Assembly (NCBI GenBank): GCA_044432885.1
Contig: JAWXUG010000002.1
Coordinates: 1 to 38,587 of the forward strand
DNA from: Erysipelotrichaceae bacterium
GTDB lineage: Bacteria > Bacillota_I > Bacilli_A > Erysipelotrichales > Erysipelotrichaceae
Direction of reading: 5' to 3'
DNA: 38,587 bases
Made by a program: the position numbers and the translations under genes
Shown here: in pieces, positions 1 through 8,767 of the stretch
Layout: every line of letters begins with the position of its first letter
How positions within the stretch are numbered: the first letter of the stretch is position 1
Notes under the pieces: generated by a model
What the model saw: the letters and a program-made list of their open reading frames with translations, nothing else
Told to the model about the DNA's origin: nothing
Databases searched by the model: none

Positions 1-15
1 GTAGTGAGGTGGCAC

Positions 16-390
16 ATGGAAAAACTAGGAGATAGTCTAAAAAGACTTCGTGAAGCAAAAGGCTTAAATCAAGTAGAGCTAGGGGCTCTTTTAGGTGTGA
101 GCAATAAAAGTATTTCAAGATATGAAAGTGGCGAAGTAGAACCTAAATTAGATATTCTTTTAAAACTGACAGAAATTTTTGCAGTAGATGCTAACTTCTT
201 ATTAGATATACGTAATATTTATCGCACTCGACATGTTGTGGTAAATGAGTCAGATATAGAATTATTAGAGCGTTATCATGCACTGAGTGATGGTATGAAA
301 GCAGCAGTAGATACCATTTTATTATCAAGACAGGATTATCATAATGAAGTAGAACATAGCCATCATTTCGTTTCTGAAACTGAAGAATAA
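16..390 (+). CDS. XRE-family helix-turn-helix transcriptional regulator
   Basis: ORF 4..390. It has an HTH_3-like segment, LKRLREAKGLNQVELGALLGVSNKSISRYESGEVEP. A GAGGTGG Shine-Dalgarno lies 5 nt before the ATG at 16, so I prefer 16 over the GTG at 4. Confidence 0.8.
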   Translation: MEKLGDSLKRLREAKGLNQVELGALLGVSNKSISRYESGEVEPKLDILLKLTEIFAVDANFLLDIRNIYRTRHVVVNESDIELLERYHALSDGMKAAVDTILLSRQDYHNEVEHSHHFVSETEE

Positions 391-1151
391 ATACGAATAT
401 GAAATTGAGCTTTTACTTTTAGTGAATGAAGGTCATATAGCTTTTGCATTCCTAAAGAAGAAGTTTTATATCTATAAGGCGTCATTTCAAATAAGTGATG
501 AATATCTTCTTTGCATAAATTCATCATAAAAGTAACCTCATGAAAATCGATTAATGATAAATCTTCACGTAAGGTTATGGGATTTTCTAAAACTTGATCA
601 TATAAGACTTGTTTAAGTTCATACAAATGTAAAGGGCCAGGGCTAACTTCAATGAAGTAGCCTTTTTCTTTCAGCAAACGTTTAACTTCATTTTCAGGAT
701 AAGGCGCAAAAATTAATAGGGCTACATCCATTAAGTGATCTTGTAAGGGTACATCAAATATAGAAGCTAACAAGTATTGGTGGGTTTGTTTATTAGAATT
801 TTTTGCAGCATACTGTAATGCTCTTTTAGATAAGTCTACACCAATTACATGTTCAATTTGATTCAAATGATTGGTATAGTATCCTTCCCCACACCCTAAA
901 TCAATTAAAGAGTTAGGGGACAGTTGATCAATAATATCTATTAATTTTAATAGAAGCGGTTGATAATGCTCATTTGATAAAAAAGCTTTACGTGCTTTAA
1001 TAAGTAAATCATTATCCCCATGATTAGATTTATTAGATGGAAAAAGATGAACATAGCCATATTTAGAAATATCAAAACTATGGTGATTGATACAGATAAA
1101 ACTACGATCATTTTTGATAAGGGGTTGTTGACATACAGGACATTTATACAT
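363..1151 (-). CDS. rlmA: 23S rRNA (guanine-N1)-methyltransferase, RlmA-like (N-terminal Zn-finger plus SAM-dependent methyltransferase)
   Basis: The N-terminus MYKCPVCQQPL...FICINHHSFDISKYGYVHL is typical of the RlmA/RrmA Zn-finger. The SAM motif is LIDLGCGEGYY. Its 3' end overlaps the convergent XRE gene by 28 nt. Confidence 0.75.
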   Translation of the reverse strand: MYKCPVCQQPLIKNDRSFICINHHSFDISKYGYVHLFPSNKSNHGDNDLLIKARKAFLSNEHYQPLLLKLIDIIDQLSPNSLIDLGCGEGYYTNHLNQIEHVIGVDLSKRALQYAAKNSNKQTHQYLLASIFDVPLQDHLMDVALLIFAPYPENEVKRLLKEKGYFIEVSPGPLHLYELKQVLYDQVLENPITLREDLSLIDFHEVTFMMNLCKEDIHHLFEMTPYRYKTSSLGMQKLYDLHSLKVKAQFHIRIYSSVSETK

Positions 1152-1370
1152 AAGGTTACCTCTTTCCTATTCTAACAAGATTTTATAAAAATACATAGAA
1201 AGACTTCATCGTTTAGCTTAGTAAAAGAGAATTTTGTTTATCTTTTTGTGATGTATTTAAATGATCATTTCATGATATACTAAATAAAAATAAAAGGAGT
1301 TATAAACTGTTCGCAATTTAGTAGTATTTAATCAACTTATATGATATAATATATACATAGAGGTAATACC

Positions 1371-1976
1371 ATGAAAATATATAAAACAGGCGAGTTTGCA
1401 GAACTTATAGGCGTGACTATTACGACGATTCAAAGATGGGATAGAAGCGGAAAGCTTAAAGCTTACAGGACTCCAACAAATAAGAGATATTACACTCATG
1501 AGCAGCTGCAGTCGTATTTAGGACAATCCCCAGCTAAAACTGATTCACGATCATCAATAATATACGCTCGGGTTTCAAGCAGAGGCCAACAAGACGACCT
1601 GAAGAATCAGGTTGCTTTTCTAAAGACCTTTGCAAACGCTCGTGGGGTAATCATAGATGAAGTAATCGAAGACCTTGGTAGTGGTTTGAATTATAACCGT
1701 AAAGAGTGGAACAAATTGCTTGATCGAGTTTTAAATAAAGAAATATCAGTCATTTACATTACTCATAAAGACCGCTTTATTCGCTTTGGATATGAGTGGT
1801 TTGAAAGATTATGTAAAAAATATAACACTGAAATTGTTATTGTAAATAATGAAGAACTTTCCCCTCAAGAGGAAATGGTTCAAGATATTATTTCCATCCT
1901 ACATGTATTTAGCTGTAGGATATATGGTTTAAGAAAGTATAAGAAGAAGATAAGAGAGGACGAAGAGATTTGTTAA
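1371..1976 (+). CDS. tnpA: IS607-family transposase TnpA (MerR-like HTH plus serine recombinase/resolvase catalytic domain)
   Basis: The N-terminal HTH is YKTGEFAELIGVTITTIQRWDRSGKL. The resolvase N-terminal motif IIYARVSSRGQQDDLKNQ carries the catalytic Ser. A TGATATAAT extended -10 lies at 1342-1350 and a GAGG SD precedes the ATG. Confidence 0.9.
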   Translation: MKIYKTGEFAELIGVTITTIQRWDRSGKLKAYRTPTNKRYYTHEQLQSYLGQSPAKTDSRSSIIYARVSSRGQQDDLKNQVAFLKTFANARGVIIDEVIEDLGSGLNYNRKEWNKLLDRVLNKEISVIYITHKDRFIRFGYEWFERLCKKYNTEIVIVNNEELSPQEEMVQDIISILHVFSCRIYGLRKYKKKIREDEEIC

Positions 1977-3094
1977 AAGCCTATAAAACAGAAATCAAGC
2001 CGACGCCTGAAGGTAAAAGACAAATAAATCTTACGTGTAAGTATTGCCGCAAGGTTTATAATCTTTTTATCGAGCAAACAAAAACAGATTATGAAAATGA
2101 TCTTCCTTATAAAGGCGGTATGGCTTTTAGCCTGTGGTTTAATAATGAATATACCCAAAAGGTTAATCCTAACTTTTTTGATGGAAACAAAGTTTCTTCT
2201 AAGGCTATTAAACAATCGATAATGAACGCCGACAAGGCGTATAAAAACTTCTTTAAAAAGAGCTCAGGGTATCCAAGGTTTCATAAAGTGGGTGTAAGAG
2301 ATTCTTTCTACGTACCAAGAAATGGCGACAAAGACATTCTGGTTGAAAGACACCGTTTAAAAATACCAACTATTGGATGGGTTCATTTAAAAGAGAAAAA
2401 CTACGTTCCAACAAAACTTAAACCAAGAAGCTGTACGGTTTCAATGGAGGGTGGTAGATATTACGCATCTGTCTTATTCGAAGTAGAAGAACCAATTAGA
2501 CCATTAGTATATGGTGATGGAGTTGGTATTGACGTTGGAGTAAAAGATACTGCAATTCTAAGTGACGGAACAACACTTCCAACACTTGTCGGAAATGAAA
2601 AGCTTAGGGATCTTGAATCTAAAATAATTAAAACCCAAAAGAAGCTTTCTCGAAAGAAAAAGGGGTCGAATAACTTTTATAAAATGAAGCGCGTCTTAGC
2701 TAAACGCCATCAAGAGAAAGCCAACAAAAGAAATGCTCTTCTTGAAGAATTCTCGATACGAGTTGTAGAAACATTACCAGCATATGTTGCCCTTGAACAT
2801 TTAGATATTAAAGAAATTATGAAAAACAAATATCGGGCAAAGCAGTTCAGAGAACAGGCTTTGTATCTTCTTAAAGAAAAAATTGTCAGAAGATGCCATC
2901 TTCTTGGCATTGAAGTAAGAGAAGCAAATCAATATTATGCATCCTCTAAAATTTGTAGCGGGTGTCAAAACAAAAAACAGTCACTTTCACTTAAAGAAAG
3001 AACGTATGTTTGCGACTGTTGTGAATTAGTGATAGACAGAGATTTAAATGCAGCGATAAACCTAAAACAACTAACAGCTTATAAGTTGATTTAA
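1970..3094 (+). CDS. tnpB: TnpB (OrfB) RNA-guided endonuclease, RuvC-like with Zn-ribbon
   Basis: 374 aa with a TTG start overlapping the tnpA stop by 7 nt. RuvC motifs are GIDVGVKD, ALEHLDIKE and DRDLNAAINL. The Zn ribbon is CSGC-x15-CDCC. No frameshift or internal stop. Confidence 0.9.
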   Translation: MLKAYKTEIKPTPEGKRQINLTCKYCRKVYNLFIEQTKTDYENDLPYKGGMAFSLWFNNEYTQKVNPNFFDGNKVSSKAIKQSIMNADKAYKNFFKKSSGYPRFHKVGVRDSFYVPRNGDKDILVERHRLKIPTIGWVHLKEKNYVPTKLKPRSCTVSMEGGRYYASVLFEVEEPIRPLVYGDGVGIDVGVKDTAILSDGTTLPTLVGNEKLRDLESKIIKTQKKLSRKKKGSNNFYKMKRVLAKRHQEKANKRNALLEEFSIRVVETLPAYVALEHLDIKEIMKNKYRAKQFREQALYLLKEKIVRRCHLLGIEVREANQYYASSKICSGCQNKKQSLSLKERTYVCDCCELVIDRDLNAAINLKQLTAYKLI

Positions 3095-3130
3095 TATATA
3101 AAGTGGCCTCTGGCTCGGGGGACACTCAAA
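2950..3130 (+). ncRNA. candidate TnpB omega-RNA (reRNA) scaffold overlapping the tnpB 3' end and extending to the IS right end
   Basis: This call is positional inference from what is known of TnpB systems. An unusually GC-rich segment, GTGGCCTCTGGCTCGGGGGACACTC (3103-3127), sits just past the stop in otherwise AT-rich DNA. The exact ends are unknown. Confidence 0.3.
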
Positions 3131-3231
3131 ACGCGTGCTTGATAACTAAGTAGGATTTCCTTGACTGAAAAGTTTTATTCACGAATAAGCTTGATGTATA
3201 TAAAAGTATACATTTTAAGGAGCAGGGTATT

Positions 3232-3855
3232 ATGTCTAAATATGATGAGTTTAACGAGCAGGGGGAATCTTTAAAAGTAGAAGAGCAATTATTGATGTAT
3301 GAACAAGTATTATGGCGAGGGAAACCAAGTAAAAAAGCATACATCGTTAATAAGATAGTTGGATTGTTGCCAATGGCGCTATTTTGGTTGGCTATCGATA
3401 TGACATTTATTGTAGGGATATTTGTAACAGGATCATTTAGTTGGTATTTAATAATCTTTTTTATGATCCATTTAATGCCTGTATGGATGTGGCTATCTAA
3501 TATCATTACTTCTGGAAAACAATGGCAAAATACAGAATACTTAGTAACAGATAAAAGAATTTTAATCAAAAATGGGGTTTTAACTCAAAACATTATTAGC
3601 TTATATTATCCACAAATAAAAAGCATCAATTTTAAAAAAGGAATCATTGACTCCATATTTCACGTAGGAGATATTTACATCTTAAATAATATAGGTGTTA
3701 AAAGTGTCATTGTTGATGTAGAGGATGTGGAGGCATTATTTAATAGACTTCAAAAAATTGTCATCGATATTCAAACTGACATGGCTTATCCAAATCAATA
3801 TCGCCCTAATCATAACCCAGGATATAATGCACAATATACAGCTGAAGATAAATAA
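3232..3855 (+). CDS. membrane protein with bacterial PH domain (bPH_2/YdbS-YdbT-like)
   Basis: A two-TM hairpin (LLPMALFWLAIDMTFIVGIFV..., YLIIFFMIHLMPVWMWL) is followed by YLVTDKRILIKNG..., typical of bPH_2. An AAGGAG SD precedes the ATG. Confidence 0.65.
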   Translation: MSKYDEFNEQGESLKVEEQLLMYEQVLWRGKPSKKAYIVNKIVGLLPMALFWLAIDMTFIVGIFVTGSFSWYLIIFFMIHLMPVWMWLSNIITSGKQWQNTEYLVTDKRILIKNGVLTQNIISLYYPQIKSINFKKGIIDSIFHVGDIYILNNIGVKSVIVDVEDVEALFNRLQKIVIDIQTDMAYPNQYRPNHNPGYNAQYTAEDK

Positions 3856-3935
3856 AATAAAGAAATGCTTTGGAATAAACAATGCTTATATAACTTGCTT
3901 GCAATAATATAAGACATCGTATAAACTATCAAGGT

Positions 3936-5489
3936 ATGAGTATTTTAACAGTAGAAAAATTAAGCCACAGTTTTGGTGGCAGAACCATTTTTGAGGATGT
4001 ATCATTTCGTCTTTTAAAGGGTGAACATGTTGGGTTAGTAGGAGCCAATGGTGAGGGTAAAAGTACCTTCATGAAGATTATTACCAACCAACTTAAACCT
4101 GAGGAAGGAAAAATCACATGGGCGAATAAGATTAAGGTTGGCTATCTTGATCAACACGCATCTTTGAATGAAGAAGACAGTATTTATGATGTTTTAAAAG
4201 GTGCTTATGAAGAGCTTGTAAGCATTGAAGCAAATATTATGAAAGCCTACGAAAGCATGGCTGATATTGACGAAGAACAAATGAATCAATTATTAGAAGA
4301 AATAGGCATTATGCAAGAACATTTAGAAAATCATGACTACTATAATGTAGACTATAAGATAAATGATATTGCGAAAGCCTTTGATTTATTAGATTTAAAT
4401 TTAGAAACAAAGGTAAGCAAGTGTAGTGGTGGTCAACGTACAAGGATTTTGATGGCTAAATTATTATTAATGAAACCTGATATCTTGTTGTTGGATGAAC
4501 CGACTAACTATTTGGATGAAAGTCATATTGATTGGCTAAAAGAATATTTGATTAATTATGAGAATGCTTTTATCTTAATTTCTCATGATATTCCATTTTT
4601 AAATGATGTAGTCAATCGTATTTATCATGTAGAGGCACCTTCACTAACCCGCTATGTAGGGGATTATAACGAGTTTAAAAGAATTTACGAAATCAATAAG
4701 ATGCAACTTGAAAAAGCATATGATCGACAACAACAAGAGATTGCTAAAATGGAAGATTTTGTGGCTAGAAACAAAGCACGTGTTGCTACACGTGGGATGG
4801 CAAATTCAAGGATGAAGAAGTTAGAGAAAATTGAAAGAATTGAATTAAAAGGTGAAAAACCTAAACCTACTTTTAACTTTAAAATGGGGAAAACACCATC
4901 AAGGGTTATTGTAGAAGCAACTAATCTAGTTATTGGATATAGTGAACCATTAAGTAAGCCGATGGATATATTAATTGAAAAAGGTGAAAGAGTGGTATTG
5001 GTCGGAGCTAATGGATTAGGGAAAACAACTCTTATTAATACATTGCTGGAAAATATTGAAAAGTTAGACGGAGATATCCATTTGCAATCAGGACTTCAAG
5101 TAGGTTATTTTGAACAAGAGGTAAGTGCAAGTAATGATACATGTATTGATGAATTATGGAAAACTTATCCATCTTATAGTCAATATGAAATAAGAAGTGC
5201 GTTGGCTCGTTGTGGACTAACTACAGAACAGATTGAATCAAGGGTAAAAGTATTGTCAGGAGGCGAACAAGCAAAGCTTCGCCTATGTAAGATTATGAAT
5301 ACTGAACATAATATCTTGGTATTGGATGAACCAACAAACCACTTAGATCAAGAAGCTAAAGATGAACTATCAAAAGCGATCAAAGAATATCCAGGAACCA
5401 TTATATTGGTATGTCATGAAAGAGAGTTTTATAAAGATTTAGTTACGAGAGTAATCAATCTTGAAAACTATACATTAAAACATTTCTAG
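3936..5489 (+). CDS. ABC-F family ATPase (two NBDs joined by a roughly 70-aa charged linker, no TMD)
   Basis: Walker A motifs GANGEGKST and GANGLGKTT. Signature motifs CSGGQRTR and LSGGEQAK. Walker B motifs LLLDEPTN and LVLDEPTN. At 517 aa with a short linker it resembles housekeeping ABC-F proteins (YfmM-size) rather than a long-linker ARE type. Confidence 0.85.
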   Translation: MSILTVEKLSHSFGGRTIFEDVSFRLLKGEHVGLVGANGEGKSTFMKIITNQLKPEEGKITWANKIKVGYLDQHASLNEEDSIYDVLKGAYEELVSIEANIMKAYESMADIDEEQMNQLLEEIGIMQEHLENHDYYNVDYKINDIAKAFDLLDLNLETKVSKCSGGQRTRILMAKLLLMKPDILLLDEPTNYLDESHIDWLKEYLINYENAFILISHDIPFLNDVVNRIYHVEAPSLTRYVGDYNEFKRIYEINKMQLEKAYDRQQQEIAKMEDFVARNKARVATRGMANSRMKKLEKIERIELKGEKPKPTFNFKMGKTPSRVIVEATNLVIGYSEPLSKPMDILIEKGERVVLVGANGLGKTTLINTLLENIEKLDGDIHLQSGLQVGYFEQEVSASNDTCIDELWKTYPSYSQYEIRSALARCGLTTEQIESRVKVLSGGEQAKLRLCKIMNTEHNILVLDEPTNHLDQEAKDELSKAIKEYPGTIILVCHEREFYKDLVTRVINLENYTLKHF

Positions 5490-5498
5490 GAGGAAAAA

Positions 5499-5927
5499 AT
5501 GATTAAAGGACAAATGATTATGGAAAATGGTGTGGTGCTACCATTCGAGTTATATGAAGAACATGCACCAAAGACAGTAGAAAACTTTGTGAAATTAATT
5601 AAAGAAGGGTACTATGATGGAAAAACTTTTCATCGTGTAATCAAAAACTTTGTTTCTCAAGGTGGGTGCCCTTATGGAAATGGTGCTGGTGATTTAGGCT
5701 ATACCATTCCATGTGAAACAAAAGGAAACCCATTAACCCATGTGGAAGGTGCGTTATCGATGGCACATCGTGGTAAAGATACAGGATGCTGCCAATTCTT
5801 TATTGTACATGAACCTCAACCTCACTTAGACGGTGTTCATACAGTGTTTGGAAAAGTTACAGACAATATGGCAGCGGTAAAAAATATGAGAAATGGTGAC
5901 AAAATAGAAAAAGTAGAAATACTATAA
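5499..5927 (+). CDS. ppiB: peptidyl-prolyl cis-trans isomerase, cyclophilin type
   Basis: Motifs are [30 protein letters not shown] and HTVFGKV. An AGGAGG SD is present. Confidence 0.85.
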   Translation: MIKGQMIMENGVVLPFELYEEHAPKTVENFVKLIKEGYYDGKTFHRVIKNFVSQGGCPYGNGAGDLGYTIPCETKGNPLTHVEGALSMAHRGKDTGCCQFFIVHEPQPHLDGVHTVFGKVTDNMAAVKNMRNGDKIEKVEIL

Positions 5928-5949
5928 GAAGGTGAGAGCCTTCTTTTTC
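5926..5949 (+). terminator. rho-independent terminator-like hairpin after ppiB
   Basis: AAGAAGG-tgagag-CCTTCTT followed by TTTTT. It ends only about 14 nt before the next start codon. Confidence 0.55.
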
Positions 5950-5963
5950 ATAAGGGAGAAAAG

Positions 5964-7325
5964 ATGAATTATCAAAATCAAAGTGATGTAGTAGTTTTAG
6001 GTGCTGGCATAGCTGGATTAAGTGCAGCTTTGACCTTAGTACAAAAAGGTAAAAAAGTAGTATTACTCGAAAAAATGAATGAAATAGGTGGAGCTTCAGC
6101 GATGGCTGGTGGTGGGAGTTTAGTCGTTAATAGCCGCTATCAACCAACCTTACATAAGCAAGATGAAGCTACTAAACTTAAGGAAGCAATCATGGAGTAT
6201 GGACACAATTTAAACCATGAGCCAACTGTAGATTTATTTGTAAATCATGTAGGAGAATCCTTTGATTGGTTAACTGATAAAAATGGTGGAAATGTAGAAT
6301 ACCATATAAGTGAAAATGGAAAAAACTTTGGTGCGAAAGGACGAGGAATTCAGGTTGTAAAAACCTTAGCTAATCGTTTTGTTGAATTGGGAGGGCAATT
6401 AATTAAAAATGTTGAAGTAAAGCAATTAATCATAGAAAAAGAGTGCGTAGTTGGCGTTTTATATCAACGAGATAATAAGTCAGTAGCGCTTTATTCACCC
6501 GCTGTTATTTTAGCAAGTGGCGGTTATGGGAATAATAAAGCTTTTATTCAAGAACATATCACGCGATTTGTGTATGCTGGAGCAAAGGGTGCATGTGGGG
6601 ATGCGATTGTATTAACTAAACCATTGAATGCAAAATGTATTAATATGGAACATGTAAATGTACAACCAAATAGTATTGTTATGCCAAGTGGTCTTGGACA
6701 GTTTGCTAATCCAGGAGTCAATCGTGCATATCGGACATCAGGAGCATTCTTAATTAATCAAGATGGGAAAAGATTTATTAACGAAATGGGGAACACTTGG
6801 AATTTAGTCCAAGCAATGAAAGCCAATCAATCGACTTATTTATTAATGGATGAAACAGCTTTTAATGCGTTTAATCAAGGAATGTTTAACATGCAGGTCT
6901 ATCAAGAAAAAGATGTGCAAACATGGTTAAAAAATCATGGAAAATCTAATCCACTCATGATAAAAGCAGACTCTATTGAAACGATGCAAGCGTATTTAGT
7001 ATCAAAAAATACACTTAAAAAAACGATAGAAAAATATAATGAAGGGGTTAAGTTAGATCAAGATGAATATGGCAGAGAGATACTTTATCCATTGAATACC
7101 AAAGAACCTATTTATTTGATTCAAATGTGGTTAAGGTACTATGCAAGTCTGGGTGGTCTACAAGTTAACCAACAATTTCAGGTAGTAAATAAAGAGCATC
7201 AGCCAATAAAAGGGCTGTATGCCGCAGGAGAAGTTATAGGTGGATTATGCGGGGATATCTATTATCCGGGTTCTCTTCTTTCATGGGCGTTTACAAGTGG
7301 TCATATGGTGGCAAAATATCTATAA
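5964..7325 (+). CDS. cytoplasmic FAD-dependent reductase, fumarate/urocanate-reductase flavoprotein family (FAD_binding_2)
   Basis: Rossmann motif VVVLGAGIAGLSAAL at the extreme N-terminus, with no signal peptide. The C-terminal motif is GLYAAGEVIGGLCGD. It is a clear paralog of 10500..12257. Confidence 0.8.
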   Translation: MNYQNQSDVVVLGAGIAGLSAALTLVQKGKKVVLLEKMNEIGGASAMAGGGSLVVNSRYQPTLHKQDEATKLKEAIMEYGHNLNHEPTVDLFVNHVGESFDWLTDKNGGNVEYHISENGKNFGAKGRGIQVVKTLANRFVELGGQLIKNVEVKQLIIEKECVVGVLYQRDNKSVALYSPAVILASGGYGNNKAFIQEHITRFVYAGAKGACGDAIVLTKPLNAKCINMEHVNVQPNSIVMPSGLGQFANPGVNRAYRTSGAFLINQDGKRFINEMGNTWNLVQAMKANQSTYLLMDETAFNAFNQGMFNMQVYQEKDVQTWLKNHGKSNPLMIKADSIETMQAYLVSKNTLKKTIEKYNEGVKLDQDEYGREILYPLNTKEPIYLIQMWLRYYASLGGLQVNQQFQVVNKEHQPIKGLYAAGEVIGGLCGDIYYPGSLLSWAFTSGHMVAKYL

Positions 7326-7334
7326 AAAACAAAG

Positions 7335-7369
7335 TTATGTGTAGTTTAAAATTACATATAAATTTTTTA
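7335..7369 (+). terminator. rho-independent terminator after the FAD reductase
   Basis: An AT-rich hairpin, TTATGTGTAGTT/AATTACATATAA, is followed by a TTTTTTATT tract. Confidence 0.5.
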
Positions 7370-7467
7370 TTCAAACAGATTATCTAAAAAAGATGATATG
7401 AAAAAAATATTTGAAGAAGCAAAAAGCAGACTTAAGGTAAAAGGGAAAAAATTATATAAGATGAAAG

Positions 7468-7496
7468 TTGCAATGATATCCATCAAATATTATAAT
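7468..7496 (+). promoter_or_regulatory. sigma-A-type promoter for the opu-like operon
   Basis: TTGCAA (7468-7473), a 17-nt spacer, then TATAAT (7491-7496). Confidence 0.55.
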
Positions 7497-7621
7497 AAGA
7501 AAAAGAGTGAGAAAAATTATTGTCTGTGCATTAGCTATCAAATTTTATTGATAGCTTAATTTATTATATAGATAAATAATAGAAAGGGAGGGTGTCGAGC
7601 TTATTAACTCGATGAACAATT

Positions 7622-8767
7622 ATGATTAAATTTTTAAATGTCACAAAATCATTTAAACAAAATGAAGTGCTTCACAATCTAGATATTATGATCCACAAAG
7701 GAGAAATAGTAGTATTACTTGGATTATCAGGATGCGGTAAAACGACTACTTTAAAGATGATAAATAAATTAATTCAACCAACAACAGGAAAAATTCTTAT
7801 AAATGGCAATGATATTTCTGAACTTGACACAATTTCTTTAAGAAGGTCGATGGGTTATGTAATACAACAAACAGGGTTATTTCCTCACATGTCAATCAAA
7901 GAGAATATCGAAATAGTCCCGAAATTAATGAAAAAGGACAGTGTAGAAATTGACAAAAGAACGGTGGAATTGATGGAGATGGTTAATTTAGATCGTTCTT
8001 TTTTGTCACGTTATCCTAGTCAACTCTCAGGGGGACAGTTACAAAGAGTTGGTGTAGCAAGAGCGTTAGCTTTAGATCCTGAAATTATTTTAATGGATGA
8101 ACCTTTTTCTGCTTTAGATCCTATTACTAGAGTTTCATTACAAGACGAATTATTAAATATACAATCTAAATATAAGAAAACCATTGTTTTTGTAACTCAT
8201 GATATGGATGAAGCCTTAAAAATTGCAGATAGAATCTGTATCATGGATAAAGGGCATGTAGTTCAATTTGATACAACTGAACAAATTTTAAAACATCCTG
8301 CAAATGATTTTGTTTCTACATTTGTGGGCAAGGGGCGTATTTGGTCAAGTCCTGAATTAATCAAAGTAGAAGACATAATGCTCAAAAACCCAATATCAGC
8401 ATCTATAAATTTACCGATAATGAAGGCGTTAGAAAAAATGATCATTTCTAAAGTTAATAGTTTATTAGTGATTGATGATAATAATTGCTTACAGGGTCTA
8501 GTGCGCCCAAAAGTATTACTTGAAGCACAAGATAAAACACTACCAATTTCAAGTGTCATGAGAAAAATAAAATACACAGTGTATCCAGAGGATAATATGG
8601 TATCGGTATTAAAAATTCTGAAAGAGAAGAATATTTCAGCTATTCCTGTGATTAGTCATGATAATAAATTGGTTGGACTACTCACTAATGCAAGTCTTGT
8701 TTCAACATTATCCTTGCAATTTTTAGATGAACATAACTTTAGCGAACAGGAGGATGATGTATGTTAG
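7622..8767 (+). CDS. glycine betaine/carnitine/choline-type ABC transporter ATP-binding protein with tandem C-terminal CBS domains (OpuCA/OpuAA-like)
   Basis: Walker A GLSGCGKTT, signature LSGGQLQRV, Walker B ILMDEPFSALD. The C-terminal roughly 130 aa is CBS-like (IEDIMLKNPISA..., SAIPVISHDNKLVGLLT). Confidence 0.85.
   Translation: MIKFLNVTKSFKQNEVLHNLDIMIHKGEIVVLLGLSGCGKTTTLKMINKLIQPTTGKILINGNDISELDTISLRRSMGYVIQQTGLFPHMSIKENIEIVPKLMKKDSVEIDKRTVELMEMVNLDRSFLSRYPSQLSGGQLQRVGVARALALDPEIILMDEPFSALDPITRVSLQDELLNIQSKYKKTIVFVTHDMDEALKIADRICIMDKGHVVQFDTTEQILKHPANDFVSTFVGKGRIWSSPELIKVEDIMLKNPISASINLPIMKALEKMIISKVNSLLVIDDNNCLQGLVRPKVLLEAQDKTLPISSVMRKIKYTVYPEDNMVSVLKILKEKNISAIPVISHDNKLVGLLTNASLVSTLSLQFLDEHNFSEQEDDVC

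Larger units (their letters stand above)
1327..3130 (+). mobile_element. IS607-family insertion sequence (tnpA serine recombinase plus tnpB); boundaries approximate
   Basis: The gene pair is diagnostic of IS607. A 14/15 inverted repeat is present: TTTAATCAACTTATA at 1327-1341 versus TATAAGTTGATTTAA at 3080-3094. Each copy is followed by TAATATATA (1347-1355 and 3092-3100). The right end is not resolved and probably lies at 3100-3170. Confidence 0.7.

Noticed and set aside
363-390. 28-nt convergent overlap of the XRE and rlmA 3' ends as a possible antisense regulatory arrangement
   Set aside because: Short convergent overlaps are common in compact genomes. There is no additional structure or conservation evidence available here.
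1152-1370. Possibility that the IS607 element is an IStron (group I intron fused to the IS 5' end)
   Set aside because: Only about 220 nt of very AT-rich DNA separate the rlmA start from tnpA, and this must also hold the rlmA promoter. I see no GC-containing paired elements resembling a group I core (P3-P7).
1973-4117. Antisense or overlapping ORFs in the track (1973..2215-, 2710..2910-, 3126..3569-, 3725..3907+, 3929..4117-)
   Set aside because: All lie opposite or out of frame within well-supported genes (tnpB, the PH-domain gene, the ABC-F gene). Their products are low-complexity or hydrophobic junk, and none has an SD or recognisable domain.
7398-7559. 53-aa Lys-rich ORF (MKKIFEEAKSRLKVKGKKLYK...) in the reductase-opu spacer
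   Set aside because: It has no SD, and its composition simply mirrors A-rich intergenic DNA. It runs through the predicted opu promoter and leader hairpin, so it is most likely not coding.
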